A stretch of DNA of 64,000 bases, from NCBI RefSeq assembly GCF_009914755.1, contig NC_060925.1; one strand, written 5' to 3'. Numbering within the stretch: position 1 is the first letter of the stretch; every line of letters starts with the position of its first letter. This document shows, piece after piece, positions 18,280 to 31,847 of the stretch. Position numbers and translations under genes: made by a program. The notes beneath the pieces were generated by a model, which was not told the origin of the DNA, did not search any database, and saw nothing but the letters and a program-made list of their open reading frames with translations. The DNA comes from the human T2T-CHM13v2.0 reference genome, Homo sapiens.

Positions 18280-18560
18280 TCATTTAAAGGTCCAACTCAA
18301 ATATTTTGTCTTTGTGAGGCCTTCACAGATCCTTCCTTCCTAACCTGCCTCCCCCATATTTTTTGTCTTCACCCTGGTGGATAACACTATGTGTCACTCT
18401 CCATTGAGGCATTTATCATTTGGAGGCGCAGCCAGTAAGGTATAGGCCTATATCTTCTTTTCCTTCCCAAATGCAAGCTCTTTCAGAACAGAGAGTTTTT
18501 TATATATGTGTGTTTACCCAGAACATGAATATAGCAAGCACTTGGTAATTACTGGATGAA
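18280..18560 (+). mobile_element. L2 3' fragment
   Basis: caactcaaat...gtgaggccttc...tgcaagctc...gcacttggtaattactggatgaa resembles the L2 terminus. Confidence 0.5.
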
Positions 18561-21087
18561 AACAAATAACATTTCAAAGAAAAGTAGGAAGGGATTGAGA
18601 AATAGTAAATGCAGAGAAGCAACTACACCTAGGTGGAGCATGACGGAATCTCATCTCAACCTCTTAATTGGCTACTGTCCCATTCAAACATAATTGATAG
18701 TAGTGGGAGTTGGGATGGGGATGAGATCCAGGAAAGCAGAACAGAATATCCCAAATTTATCCACCTCTTACATCACTTTTTCCTGTGGTCCACCCTACTC
18801 GCTGCTTTGCTGAAACACAGTTTGTCACAGTTAATATACTCAGCTCTGTTCTGAGCTCAGCACCTCTGGAGTCTATCACCTCAGATTTCACAGCATCTCT
18901 GGCTTCTCCCAACACTCCGCCCACCCCAATTTGATGAAGTCAGGTACAGAAATTTTCCCACAGCTGTGCAGATCTAAATAGTGCCAGGGGTCCTGCCTGT
19001 TTCAATCTGAAAAGTTTTTTTTTTCTTTTTCAATACATGTGTTGACTTGTCAACATTGATGGAATTGGTTTGCTTCCTACTTTTCATTCAGCTAGTGAGG
19101 AGCCAAAAGTGAATTGTTAGCTGTATATTAGTTCCTCTTGCCATTTCTAAAACTGCTGTAATGTACTGTGGTTGCAAGTAGAGTCAAAACTCAGTGATTA
19201 GTTAAAAAAAAAAACAAAAAACTCTCTGCCTCCCTTAATTTTCCTTTCCAACTTGAAAGGAAAAGAGGCTTCAACCCATTTGCATTTTAAATTCAAAATA
19301 TGTATTTAAGGCACTTAACAGGGTCCTCTGCATGTTGACAGCTTCCTTTTTAACTTATCCCAGACTGGGCTCTGTAATGTGTTGTGTCTTAATTTGCAGA
19401 ATATGTGCACTAGCATAATGTTTAATTAGACTTTGGTGTCAACTTTAAATCTAAAACCATCAGCATCTAATGAAATATCAAAAGCATTTGGCTTCTGCAT
19501 GACAGATCTCCTGCAAGAAATCAACTTCCTCTGATTAAATCATTTAAAAATAAATAAATAATAAAAACGAGCAGCCAATGAGAAGAAAGTGAACCCAGAT
19601 GCACAGATGAGATGTTCCTCTGGCCATAGCTGCCAGACACAAGAAAATAGAGTGGAGGTGACTGTCAAGGGAAATCAGATACATCTTTCCTTATTTAATT
19701 AGTAGAATTCTGAACAGATGGCTGTAGATTAAGTTAATGCATATAAAATTATTTTCTCATTGGCTAACATCATGAAGGTGGGCTTCATTTTTATTTATAT
19801 TTTAAGTTGAATTCAGGAACCATAATGAGAACTAAGTTGTAATCTCTGCCTTCAAGAAGACTACAACCTCATAGTTGGGATAAATCAGGTATGGAACAGT
19901 AAAACCAGGTAAATTATTAGTTGATGACCTTAAGAAAGACACTTAGCCTTTATTAACCTCAATTTTTTTCTATAAAATGATAATGATACTAATTTCAGTC
20001 TTCAAGTATTGTCAGGCAGATAAAATGATAATAGATGTAAAATATTCTTCTTAATTCAGTGCCTAACATATAGTAAGTACTGAATATTATTTCAGATATT
20101 ATGAGTTACCCATTGACAATTTTTTGGAGAGTAAAAATTGATGAAACCAGTCTATATTAGTTTCTTATTGCTGCTTTGTGTTGCTTCAGTAATTCAGTGT
20201 CTACTGAAATGACTTGTGTCTCTAAAGCCTAGCTCTTTGACCTTTAGAGAACTCACAAGCCTAAGGATTATGAAGTTCAGTTTCTGTCTTTATCTTTGGT
20301 CTCCAACCAAAGTAGCTAGTATTCCCCTTCATTGAAAGTTGTTCTGATTTAGGAAAGTTACACATTCTTAAACAAAAGTGATTTCTCTGGATAGAAGTAG
20401 CTTTTCCCACCTGCCTCATGAGAGATACTCTCCTTATCCCACCAGAGAAGAGTCATTGTTGGGCTTCATATATAAAATGGTTTACCACTCTGTGTTCTAT
20501 GAATAGGCTTCTGAGCTATAAAGACCTTCAAACTTCTGGGTGACAGAGAGAGACCTTTATTTCTCTGATTCTGGCAATAATCCAAAAAGGTAGTTATCAT
20601 TAAGATCCCATTTCACAGATAAGAAAAGGATGCTCAAAGTTAAGGGATTTATACAAGTCTATATTATAAACATAGAATTAGAGCTTGAATCTACATCTTT
20701 CATTTTTTTACCTATACTTTACACATCTTATATATTTATGCATTCAAATGCCACGTAGCCATCAAGGCCATAAGGACTTAAGTTTTTGTTTGTTTGTTTA
20801 TTTTGAGAGACCAAGAATCATGGTAAGAAATTTTAATTCTTATATATGTATGTATTTAGACATGCTGAGAGGAAACTAACAATCAACTTCAAATTGAGGA
20901 AGGAGTTGTATACTGACTAATGTACCTCCATCAGTTAGCGTGCAGCTTGGCTAACACCCAGAAACTAAAGGTGAAAGAGTTCAGCCACTGAAGTTTTAAC
21001 TGTCTTAGTCCCTCGGGAGTCTCTGCAGCAAGAGTCAGGACTGGGCCACCTTTTGCCGATTGTTTTGGTGAATTTTATTTTGGGGGA

Positions 21088-21133
21088 ACACACACACACA
21101 CACACACACTCTCTCACACATACACATACACAC
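21088..21133. repeat. (CA)n microsatellite, interrupted
   Basis: acacacacacacacacacacactctctcacacatacacatacacac. Confidence 0.9.
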
Positions 21134-21887
21134 CCCACCTCTGTTCCATTTCTGCCAGGTTCTTAGTGCCTTCATTCATTGTGCTACAGGGCTCACTCTA
21201 AATGTTCAGGCCATCTGCTCAAGGAATGATGCCTTCACCACAATTATCTAATGATATTACAGCAAATATTAAATACAGCATAAATAACAAGGGTGACTCC
21301 ACTCAAAGTAAAGAAAAACAGGAGGATTCAACACCAAATCTAGTGCCAAGTATATGTCTTAGGTATAAAATATGCATTTACATCTTTGAAAGGCAATGAA
21401 AGAAGAATTAAAAACCAATATGAACTGACCTGGCATACTGGTTTGACTTAGAGAACACTTGGCTCTTAACAAGCTGTTTAAAATGACCAGGTGTTTGGGG
21501 CAATAACTATGTATTTGCCATTGCCTCCTAGATTGTGTCAAATCATGGGTCGAAAATTGGTGACCCACTTGTATACCCACCTGCATATTCTGTTCAGTAC
21601 AACCCAGTGTTCATGAAATTGAATTTGAATATCTTTAGAAAGGACATGGTCTTACTGTTCGTCCACAGCTAACCTTGCTCTATTATACCAATCTTTTCCT
21701 ATATTTAAATTGCCTGCCTGGAACCTGAATACATGTGTTTGCAACTGTGGATCCAAACTGTACTGTATCTTTTGTTGGCCTATTATTTATAGACTCTAAG
21801 CTTTGATCGCTTCTATGAGTATTCCCAACTGTTTCTTCATAAAAGACACTCTCACATTTGCAAGGTATTTGTTCAATATGTCAAATA

Positions 21888-22066
21888 GGACTGAAACTAC
21901 ATTATTTGCAGGACTCAATGCAAAATGAAAACACGTGGTTTCTTATTAAAAAATTATTAAGAATTTTAAGATAGCGCCAGCAGAGCACTAAAACAAAGCT
22001 CTGGGTCCTTCTGAGCATGAGGAACTAGGCAACTGTCCAGTCTGGATATCCATGAAGCTAGCTCTG
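21888..22066 (-). mobile_element. MER45A (hAT-Tip100)
   Basis: ctacattatttgcagg...tgcaaaatgaaa...aaaaattattaagaatt..aaga...cagcagagca...ttctgagc...ccatgaagc..gctctg matches the reverse complement of MER45A. Confidence 0.8.
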
Positions 22067-22589
22067 ATGCCCAGGGCTGGGAGGACAACATTCTTAGTCT
22101 ACATTCTTCAGTACATCAAGGGTTCTCCACCACATAGTCATCTAGCTCAAATGGAATGAGTATTTATAGAGTGAGAGAGACAGTTGGGGCTCTTATCTAT
22201 ATTAAACCTGCCAAGAAAGTTGAACCAATTTTGTTTGATGAGGGCTCACTTAGCAGAAAAAATAAGGAGCAACAGTCTTTTGCTCTCAATGATTTCTTGC
22301 AAACCTTCTGACTTATTGAGGCTGAAATCCTATATAGATCATCACTATCTTAAGTACCAAGGCAATATAATACATTATTTCTTTATTGCTACTTTATTAT
22401 GTGGCAACATAAAATAATCCTTCCTTCCATGGATCTTATATTTTATATTTATTGTAATAATTGGAGTTGAAACAAGCCAGAAAGCAATGGATTTTGTTAT
22501 GAAAAGGTATTTAGTATAGCAAGAGAGTTTGATACCTTTTTATACAAAGACTTGCAAGAGTAATCAGAAATCTTTGCCCTGGGAAAGAA

Positions 22590-23795
22590 ATGAAGGGATC
22601 CCCAGTTAAAGCTGGAAAACGGATCATAAACTTTTATCTCTGCCCCCTCCTGAAATTCTACTATTATTGTATGGAATAATTTTAAATAATGTATAAATCA
22701 ATAAACTCAAAAGAAGAGAGAAGAACATGGTACTAGATAAAAGGTAATACTTTTGAAAAGAGAAAGCAGATAGACTACTTGTAACTCACATAGCAGAGCA
22801 AAAATATCAAAACTCAAGCCTTTAGTTCAGGGGCCAAAAATAAGCCACTCAATTCAAGCTTCAGAACACTCAAAAGGCTTGGAAATTGGAGGAACCCCCT
22901 ATCTCTGAGGGTGGAGATATAAAGGGACTGAAATGGGAAGATTGCCTGAAAGTTTGTTTGAAGTTCACTTGATCCCCCAAGGCCCTTTTTCACTTTCTCA
23001 TATAGGTGATTACTTTCTCTCCATCCTAACAGGAATAAGCAGTTTTACTCTCTGAGGAAAATGAATCAGAGGGGTTCCAAGCAAAGGAATATACCAGGCA
23101 TATTAGAGAAAGATCTGGTGCCTAAGGGGGAAGGATGTTAAGTAAAAGCGTTCAGTCCCAATTAAAAGATTCTCCAGTCTTACCACCCATTTTCCCTTTG
23201 TAATGTAGACAGCTTAGGTCTTCCAGGCAAGAGATTGGAGGCTAGCCCTCTCAGGAGAGCAACCTTCAAAGAGAAAAGACTTACAGAAACTGACATTTGG
23301 GGGAATTTGCAATGAAAGTATATGGTCCCTGCCTAATCACCACACAGTGAATGCCAGTAGTCATCAAGTCCTTTCCAAGCACATAGAGCTTCTAGTGGGC
23401 CTTTTAATAACTCTCTCAAAAATGGACTGTCAAAGGTCCATATTTGTAAAAAGCATCTAACATTAAAGAATTTCAAGATAGTGCCAGCAGAGCACTAAAC
23501 AAAGCTCTGGGTTCTTCTGAGCATGGGAAATCAACAAGTATGAAAATCAACAAGTATGAAAAAAGAACTTCACAGGAAACAAAGACAATTTCAAAGAGAA
23601 GAAAGCTTTCATAACCCCATTGTAGTTACTATCTTCAGAGAGAGAAGAGATTATATTATACTAATAAACTTTGAGTAGGATATTTTAAAAATGAAAAGTC
23701 ACAGAACAGAAAGAGCTTCAGAAAATTAAAAATATAGTAGTAAAAATAGAAAATTCAATGGAAGAGTTGGAAGATAACATTGAAAACATATCAGT
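22590..23795 (+). mobile_element. Ancient L1M/HAL1-type 5'/ORF1 region
   Basis: A-rich plus strand; gaaaattcaatggaagagttggaagataa is typical of old L1 ORF1. Confidence 0.5.
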
Positions 23796-24309
23796 AAACT
23801 GTAATTCCAAATCTCAACAAGCCAGGTTCTCACTTGATTATCTCACAGAAGTCCAGATTTGATTTTTCTCCAATGTTCCCTTCCAATAAAATATCTGAGA
23901 ATTCTCACTTGTGCTTACAGGAGTAATCTATGTAGCTTCTTTTCACTTTCCAATTTTTCTATAGGTCCCCGTAACAAATGTCAGGACCTCAGCCTTCATC
24001 CTTCTTGGTTCTTTTTAGGATGTACCAAATGCAGTGGCAGAGGGAGAAGGGATCTGGTTCATATATAATAAGAGTTTGTATGTCTCCAGTGTCTCTAAAT
24101 TGGTGCTAAGGTCTCATTGTCTCTCTGATCTGTTGTCCTCCTCGCTCTGCTTATCTTTACTACTTAACAAAATCTGTGCTCTCCCTGGCCTAGAACACTC
24201 TGTACGAATTTAATTCGTAATTTAATTCGTAAACACTCCTTTACGAATTTAATTTATGTAGTAAACCATAACTGGCTGTCAATCAGAATATAATTTTAGC
24301 CATTTTCAA

Positions 24310-24425
24310 TGAATGTAAGTCCCACAAGAGCAAAGACTTTTGCTTACATTTTATCCCTAGTGTCTAAAAGAGTGTGATACATAGTAGGCACTCTTTAAAT
24401 ATTCATTAAATCAATGAATTAATGT
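24310..24425 (+). mobile_element. L2 3' terminus
   Basis: tgtaagtccca...tatccctagtgtcta...catagtaggcactc...aaatatt...aatgaat. Confidence 0.7.
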
Positions 24426-24634
24426 TCTGCTGAATAAGATCCTAGATTGAAGGAGAAAATGTTTTGCAAATGTAGATATTGGCCCCTATCTCACTGGGCA
24501 CCTATAGTCATTATTTGCGTAGTTAAGTAGCTTGACATGGCACCAACGGGAGAGTAGACACAATCAGTAACATGGGCACTGAAATTGTATTAGTAATGAT
24601 CCTACATAGAGTGATCATGCCCATGATTTAGTAC

Positions 24635-24700
24635 TAGGGTGGCCATAGTTTATCATCCAAACTAGCACACTTTTGTGAGTGAAAGGGGGCGATGCAAAAA
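24635..24700. mobile_element. hAT-Blackjack fragment (MER94/MER81-like)
   Basis: tagggtggccata...tttatcatccaaac...cacttttgtgagtgaaagggggcg. Confidence 0.65.
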
Positions 24701-27431
24701 TTGTCAGGTACTAATTGATCTAAAAGAGGCATAGGCAATGAAGGTTGCTTGCAATGAGGATGTCTGATAACCTTATTTGGGTTACTGATTATTTTTATAT
24801 TGACATAAAAATGATAACATTTTGGTACCAGAGAACATTTAAATTATAAGTTAAATTATTATAAAGCCCATTCCATCAATAAAAGGAAAATTGAATGAGA
24901 AGCCAGCTCTAAGATTCTATTATCCTATGAGTGAAAACAGAAAAAAAAAGTATAAGCTTAGATCACAATTTTCAGAAAGAACATACTCAGCTATGATATG
25001 GTATTCACAGTAACATTTTCCTTAATGGATCTAGTGCTTTGTATAAATAATTCCATGTCTGCATCTGGATATCAGCATAAGGTCAAGACCTTTTGCCTTT
25101 TTTCTGGCCTTGATTCTCCATTATATAATTTTTCTTTTCTCACGATCTTTCTTCTTGTTTTAAAGGAGCAGTTTGCTCTCTCCCATCGAGACCACTTCCT
25201 GCAAAAAGCTGGGACCAAGAGGCTGCAGGAGGGCCAGCAGCTCTTAACAGGTTGAGTGAGGGGCTGCCAGGTGATGAATGGATGCATGTGGAGCAAGGTA
25301 ATAAACCAGTACCCCAGTCATGTAATCTTCCATTAAAATGAAATGCATACCAGGCATGCGGTGCTTCTGCAGCTTGCACCCTCTCCCATAGACGATCATG
25401 AATAAAAGAGGAAAGTGTACTGCTGACAGATGCCAGCATGCATAAAGGACACTTCCTATAAAGGCAAAGCTCCGGCTAACAGATGGACTAAAGATGTGAG
25501 ATGCAGAAAGATTTACCAATCTAAATAATTCAAGGGAATGTCGTATGGCAAGCTAGCACTTTTCAGAGGGAGCCAGCAGAAGGTGCAGATGGAAAGGCAG
25601 GCCAAGCCTTTCCCATAAACCCATTAAGAACAGTACTTGTCTGAGCGACAGTATGTCGCAGAAGGCCCAGAGAGAGGCCAGCAAATGAGAAATGTGCTTC
25701 TAGAGTTTGTCCCACAAGGTCAAGAGCATATTTAATAGAGAAGGTTGCAGCATTTAATGAGAATGAAAAAAAAGGTGTTATATGTTTCATTGCTCATCCT
25801 TCTGCCCTCATTCCTGAGTTCTTCATCTTGTAAGAACTGAAATCATGGAAGATGAGGCCATCCAGAACTTTTTGAGAGGTCTAACAGGCTCAGTCTTCTT
25901 GGTTATCTTGGACAGTCAGATGCTAATTCTGGGCCCGAAAGCCAAATTACATGGGTCAGCCCTGCTTCCTGTAAGTGTTTCTTGGAAACATGCAGCTATA
26001 CACTCTTGCCAGGCCCTGTTGATACTCACTGTCTGTGCCTGCTCATGACATGTTCAATGCTATGTTATCACACATTGTTAGGTTTATTTTCATGTACTTA
26101 ACCTGTCTTCCAGATCACATTATATACAACTTAAGTAAGGAGTCTCCTCCTAACCCATTGGGGCTTGCTCTGAGTAGGTACCCAATAAATACTTCTTGGT
26201 AATGAAACTCTTTCAACTGCAAGGATCCCTCCCTAAAGAGCCTACACATCCTGCACAGCTGTGCCAAAATGTTAGCGTCTCAGGCAAAAAGAATTGTAAT
26301 AGGCGACATCTTAAAGTGCATTCAGTGGGAGAGCTGGCCAAAACCCCTTCCAGTCTCTGGTAAACTGAGCTATCCTAAGCAAGTCAAAGCCTTCACTCCT
26401 TAACTCTAAAACAAATAATTTAACAAAGTAATTTCTAAGCTTTTCTTTAGTGCTTAGTTATATCAGGAAAAAAAATAGAAGACTTTCAGGGAAACTCTTT
26501 AGACATTTCAGGCAATGTCTGCATCCATGGCTCACAGACCTTCCAATAACCATCGCTGCATCATGCAAAATGTTCACTAGCATGTTCTGAGATCAGAAAC
26601 CTAAAGACCATGCATTAAGAATATACATACAAATAACCTATTTTAAGCTAACTTAAACGACTGCCTTTTATTTTGAGACTGTGGCCTTATTTTTGAGGTG
26701 ATCTTATTGTTTCTTATGAAATAAAATAAATAGTAAAATAGTAGATTTTGTTTTGCTTAAAGCCTCTACTGTGAAAAAAAAAAATAGCTGGTGACCCTAT
26801 GTCTGCTCCCCCTACTCACACAAATGTTTTCTTGTTGCAGTTGTCTTAAGTTTATTGATTGTGAAATTTAAAAGTCTTTGAACTTCAGGCATAAGCCCAG
26901 AAAGACGACAGGGTTCCCCTAACTCCAAAAATTAGTGCTGATGCAACGCCGTGGATAGCTTTCAAGAAATAAACATTGGTTTTATAGGTTTCTGTGGATA
27001 AAGTTTGTCAATTACTGATAATCATATTCTTGAAAAGCCACACAAAAATCAAATTGTTTCAAATGAGTTCCCAGTTTTCCAGTTCCTTAAATTATCAACC
27101 CCAAGGCTTCCTTTTCTTTTTTAAATTGGTTTTCACCTGGAAGCAGCTGCCCCTTCTCCTCTTCCTTCTCAACCTAACTCTTAGACAATTGCTTCAGTTA
27201 CTAATCTAAAAACCATAAAATAAAGGCTCAAGGGAAGCAACTCAGGCAAGGAACTCTGACATAGATCCTTCTGTAGAGAATCATTTTTAAATCATCTTTA
27301 ATTTGTCCATTTTATTTATAAATATCAACTATCTTACAGAAAGCTCCATTATCTCATAGTCAAAATCAGTCATTAGTTTACTTGTTAAGTCTTGTGCTAT
27401 TTATTTCTTGTTTCTTCTCTGTTAATATGTA

Positions 27432-27489
27432 AGTGTGCATGTATGTGTGTACACTGCGAGTGCACACGTGTGTGTATGTGTGTGTGTGC
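27432..27489. repeat. Degenerate (TG)n / alternating purine-pyrimidine tract
   Basis: gtgtgcatgtatgtgtgtacac...gtgtgtgtatgtgtgtgtgtgc. Confidence 0.8.
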
Positions 27490-28559
27490 AGCAATGATCT
27501 AGGAAGACATTTTTCAGCTTTTCTTATGGTTTTCTTGAATCCTTGACCAATTTACAATATATTCCATTGGGGGAAAAGGCACATGGTTTTCAGCTCTGAA
27601 GTAATGGCCATAGGCACCCTCTCTGTTTCATTGGCACTGGAAATGGTGCAAATAATTTCATCTATCTTTGATTTGATGTATCACCTTATTAGAGACCAAC
27701 AATGCAATGTTTCACTGTGTTGATATAAGTTAATATACACTGGCTGACCACATCCCACAAAAAAAGTTCTTGCTGGCAACAATGTTCCATGGTCAATTTT
27801 TTCCACATTCTGACAGCTCTTAGTATTATAGAAGGCTTTTATTCCAACATCACCAAATCCTTTACCAGCTCTCATTACCTGATACCTTAGTGAAGACAGA
27901 AATGGTAGATATCTATCTCAGGCCAGCTGTTAGGGGTGAGAAGTAAGTGCACTGTTCATATTTTTTTTCTATCAGAGCACTCTCTGTTTGAGGTCACAAG
28001 AGCAGTTCCATTTAATAAATTACTGGAATTAGAACTCTGAGTGGTCTTGACTTCCAGGGTCTGCAGAGTCTGAAAAAGATGTTGGATTTTTTTCATTTGG
28101 CTTTTCTCCTGCCAACAACACCCAACACCCAGGCACTAGGAAAGAGCTGGTATATGCAATTAAATGAGTTACATGAGTTACATGGCCTTGCCCCATGGAG
28201 GTCCCTACATTTCAGTTATTTTAAGAATCTCATCAGTATTGCTTCACATTAGCTCCCATGAATCAAATGAGAAAACCATGAAAAGCAAAGCCAACCAGTT
28301 ATCTCATGTGGGAATCCAGCTGTTACCGCCTTATAAACAGTACTTTTTTGTTAAAAGTTTCTGTCATGAAGGTTTTGACAAGTTAAAAATTTCCTTCCCC
28401 AGTTTTCCACTTGGGATGTTTTCCATCCAGATTTCAAAACTCAACTTTTAAAGGCCTGCTAGTTTCAAGTATGGTAATAACATTTAAACAACAACAGCAA
28501 TAAAATATTTATAGACGTCAGTGTTTATTTTCAAGAATCATGTTAAAGGGAAATGAGAG

Positions 28560-29480
28560 TTCCTCTGAGGAAACTAAGGCAAGAGATGAGACATTTTGAG
28601 ATGAGATATCCATTGTGAACATACCCAAAATGTCCCCACCCAATAACTTTTCTGTGAGGGCTAATAGTGTATCAGCTCTATCCACATGCAATCAGACTTT
28701 TAGCATCTAACTCAAATGTAAATGGATACCCCAGAATCACCAGACTTGGAGGCAAGGATTTAACATGAAAGTTAGAGACCAATACAGGAAAGACAGAAAG
28801 AAACTTAGAGAAAAACAGAGAAAATCACAGAGAATATTTTAAAATCCTATAGTTAATATCCAAATAGATATTGGCTGCATGAATGAAACAAGATTAGATT
28901 CTAGGTATCAGGACTTTCAAAGAGTGAGAAGTTCCCAAGAAAACTATGAGAAGAAAGAAAAACAACATAAATGAAAATCTGAAAGAAATAATAAAATTGA
29001 AGTGTTAATGCATAGGATCACACACCTGAATAATATGAGTTCTAAAAAGAGAATAAAAAAACAGAGAGAACATTACCAAATATTGACATATTTTCCAAAA
29101 GTCAAAGAGATAACATTAAAAGGGCCTGGTGAGAGCTCATCACAGTGGATGGAAACAAATTTCCATTAAGGCTCAATCATGGTGAAGCTGAGAACACCAG
29201 GAGTGACCCAGACACTTTTCAGAGAGAAAAAAAATGGGTCTTTTACAAAGGACTGGAACTCAAGGTGGCATTTTTCTTCATAGAAACACCAAACGCCAGA
29301 AGCCAATGAAAAAGATAGAAGACAAAAGAGAAATGCCTTTCAATTTCCACCTAGAATTGTTATTCAGCTGAACTAATTAGACAAGATGGTAGAACGAAGA
29401 CACACCCAAGAATAGCAAACTCTTAACACTTCATTTTTTCATATGTACACTTTCTCAGAAGTTACTGGAGGATTTAAGGT
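28560..29480 (+). mobile_element. Ancient L1M/HAL1-type ORF1 region
   Basis: A-rich; ccacctagaattgttattcagctgaacta resembles the ORF1 PRILYPAKL-coding segment. Confidence 0.5.
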
Positions 29481-29856
29481 ATCCTCTAAAAGTAGGCTTG
29501 CACACAAGAGAGAAGTCAAGAAAGAAGATATGAGATCCAAGAAAATGGGGATCTAATATGTGGCAGAGCAATCATCTCAAGTTGATGCTGGTGTGACAGG
29601 TCTGAAGCACAACCCTTCTATGGGAGCCAAGGAGGATGTGGTCCAATGGAAATGTCCCCAAACATGCAAGATAAAACAGATAGGTTTCTTCTGTGTTTGA
29701 CCATCTTGGAGGTAGCTTTGTAAATCTGTCAGAAAGTTTTACTACAATGTCATTTTAAAGTCATAGATAAAAGTCAAGACAGTGGTTATTAATTTGAGAA
29801 AAAAATATTTTACAAAGAGGAAGTGTAGTCACAATGCAATCCATGGCTAAGCAATA

Positions 29857-30194
29857 TAGTCATGGGCAGCATAATGAGATTTCAGTCGATGACTGACTGC
29901 ATTTATGATGGTGGTCCCATAAGATTATAATACTGTATTTTTACTGTACTTTTTCTATGTTTAGATACAAAAATACCTGTCATTATGTTACAATCACCTA
30001 CATGATTCAGTTCAGTAATATGCTCCACAGGTTTGTCACCTAGAAGCAGTACGTTATACTCTATAGCCTGGGTGTGCAGTAGCCTATGTCATCTAGGTTT
30101 GTGTAAGCACACTCTATGATGTTCATACAATGACAAAATGGCCTAATGATGCATTTCTCAGAACACATCCTTGTCTTTAAGTGATGTCTGACTA
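29857..30194 (+). mobile_element. Tigger3a (MER7A) DNA transposon
   Basis: agtcatg...ggtggtcccataagattataatactgtatttttactgtac...gcatttctcagaac...tgact; TA TSD on both sides. Confidence 0.9.
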
Positions 30195-30968
30195 TAATTA
30201 CATAATCAGCATAACTTAAACATTGTCCAAAGGCAATTCCTGTCAAAATGCCAATGATATTCTTCACAGAAATTTAAAAAAAAATCCTACAATTCATATA
30301 AAACCACAAAAGACCCTAATAGCCAAATCAATCTTGAGCAAAAAGAATAATCCCGGAGGCATCACACTACCTGACTTTGAAATATACTACAAAGCTGTAG
30401 TAACCCAAACAGCATGGTATTGGCATAAAAACAGACATGTAGACCAATGAAACAGAACAAAGAGCTTAAAAATGAATCCACACATTAACAGCCAGTTGAT
30501 TATCAATAAAGACGCCTGGAAGACACTGTGAGGAAAGAACAGTGTTTTCAATAATTGGTGTTGAGAAAGCTGAATATCCACAAACAAAGTAATGAAATTA
30601 GACCTTTATCTCTTACCATATACAAAAATAAAGGCAAAATGGATTAAAGACTTAAATGTAAAACTGGGATCTGTGAAAATACTAGAAGAAAACATCAGGG
30701 AAAGTCTCCATGACATTGGTCTGGGCAACAATTTTTTGGCCATGACCTTAAAAGCACAGGCAACAAAAGCAAAAATAAACAACTGGGATTATACCAAACT
30801 AAAATGCTTCTGTGCAGCAAAGGAAACAATCTACAGAGCAAAGAGATAACCTAGGGAATAGGAGAAAATATTTGCAAACTATATTCTGTAAGGGGTAATA
30901 TCCAAAATATATAAGGAACTTAAAACAACTCAATAGCAAGAAAACAACCCTATTAAAAAATGAGCAAA

Positions 30969-31290
<322 letters not shown>

Positions 31291-31847
31291 TTATCAGAGT
31301 AATGTAAATCAAAACCACAACATATTACTTCACTCCTATCAGAATGGTTATTGTCAAAAAGACAGAAAATAACAAGGGTTGGTGAGGATATTGAAAAAGG
31401 AAAATCTTACACATTGTTGATGAGAATATAAATAGTATGGTCATGAAAAATAGTAAGAAGCTTCCTTAAGAGATTAAACATAGAACTGTCATATGTTCCA
31501 GCAACCCCACTACTGGGTATACATCCAAAAAAAATGAAATTAGTTCATTGAAGAAATATCTGCACTCCCATGCTTATTGCAGCATTATTCTCAGTAGCTA
31601 AAATATGGAATCAACCTAATTGTTTATAAACAGATAAATGGATAAATAAAATATGATACATATGCTCAATGTAATACTATTCAGCCATAAGAAGAAGGAA
31701 ATCCTGTTGTTTGTGATAACATGGATAGACTTACAGGGCATTATGTTAAGTGAAATAAACCATGCATAGAAAGACAAATACAATGCTCTTCCTCATATGT
31801 GGAATCTAAAGAAGTTGATCTCATAATAATATAGAGTAGAATGGTGG

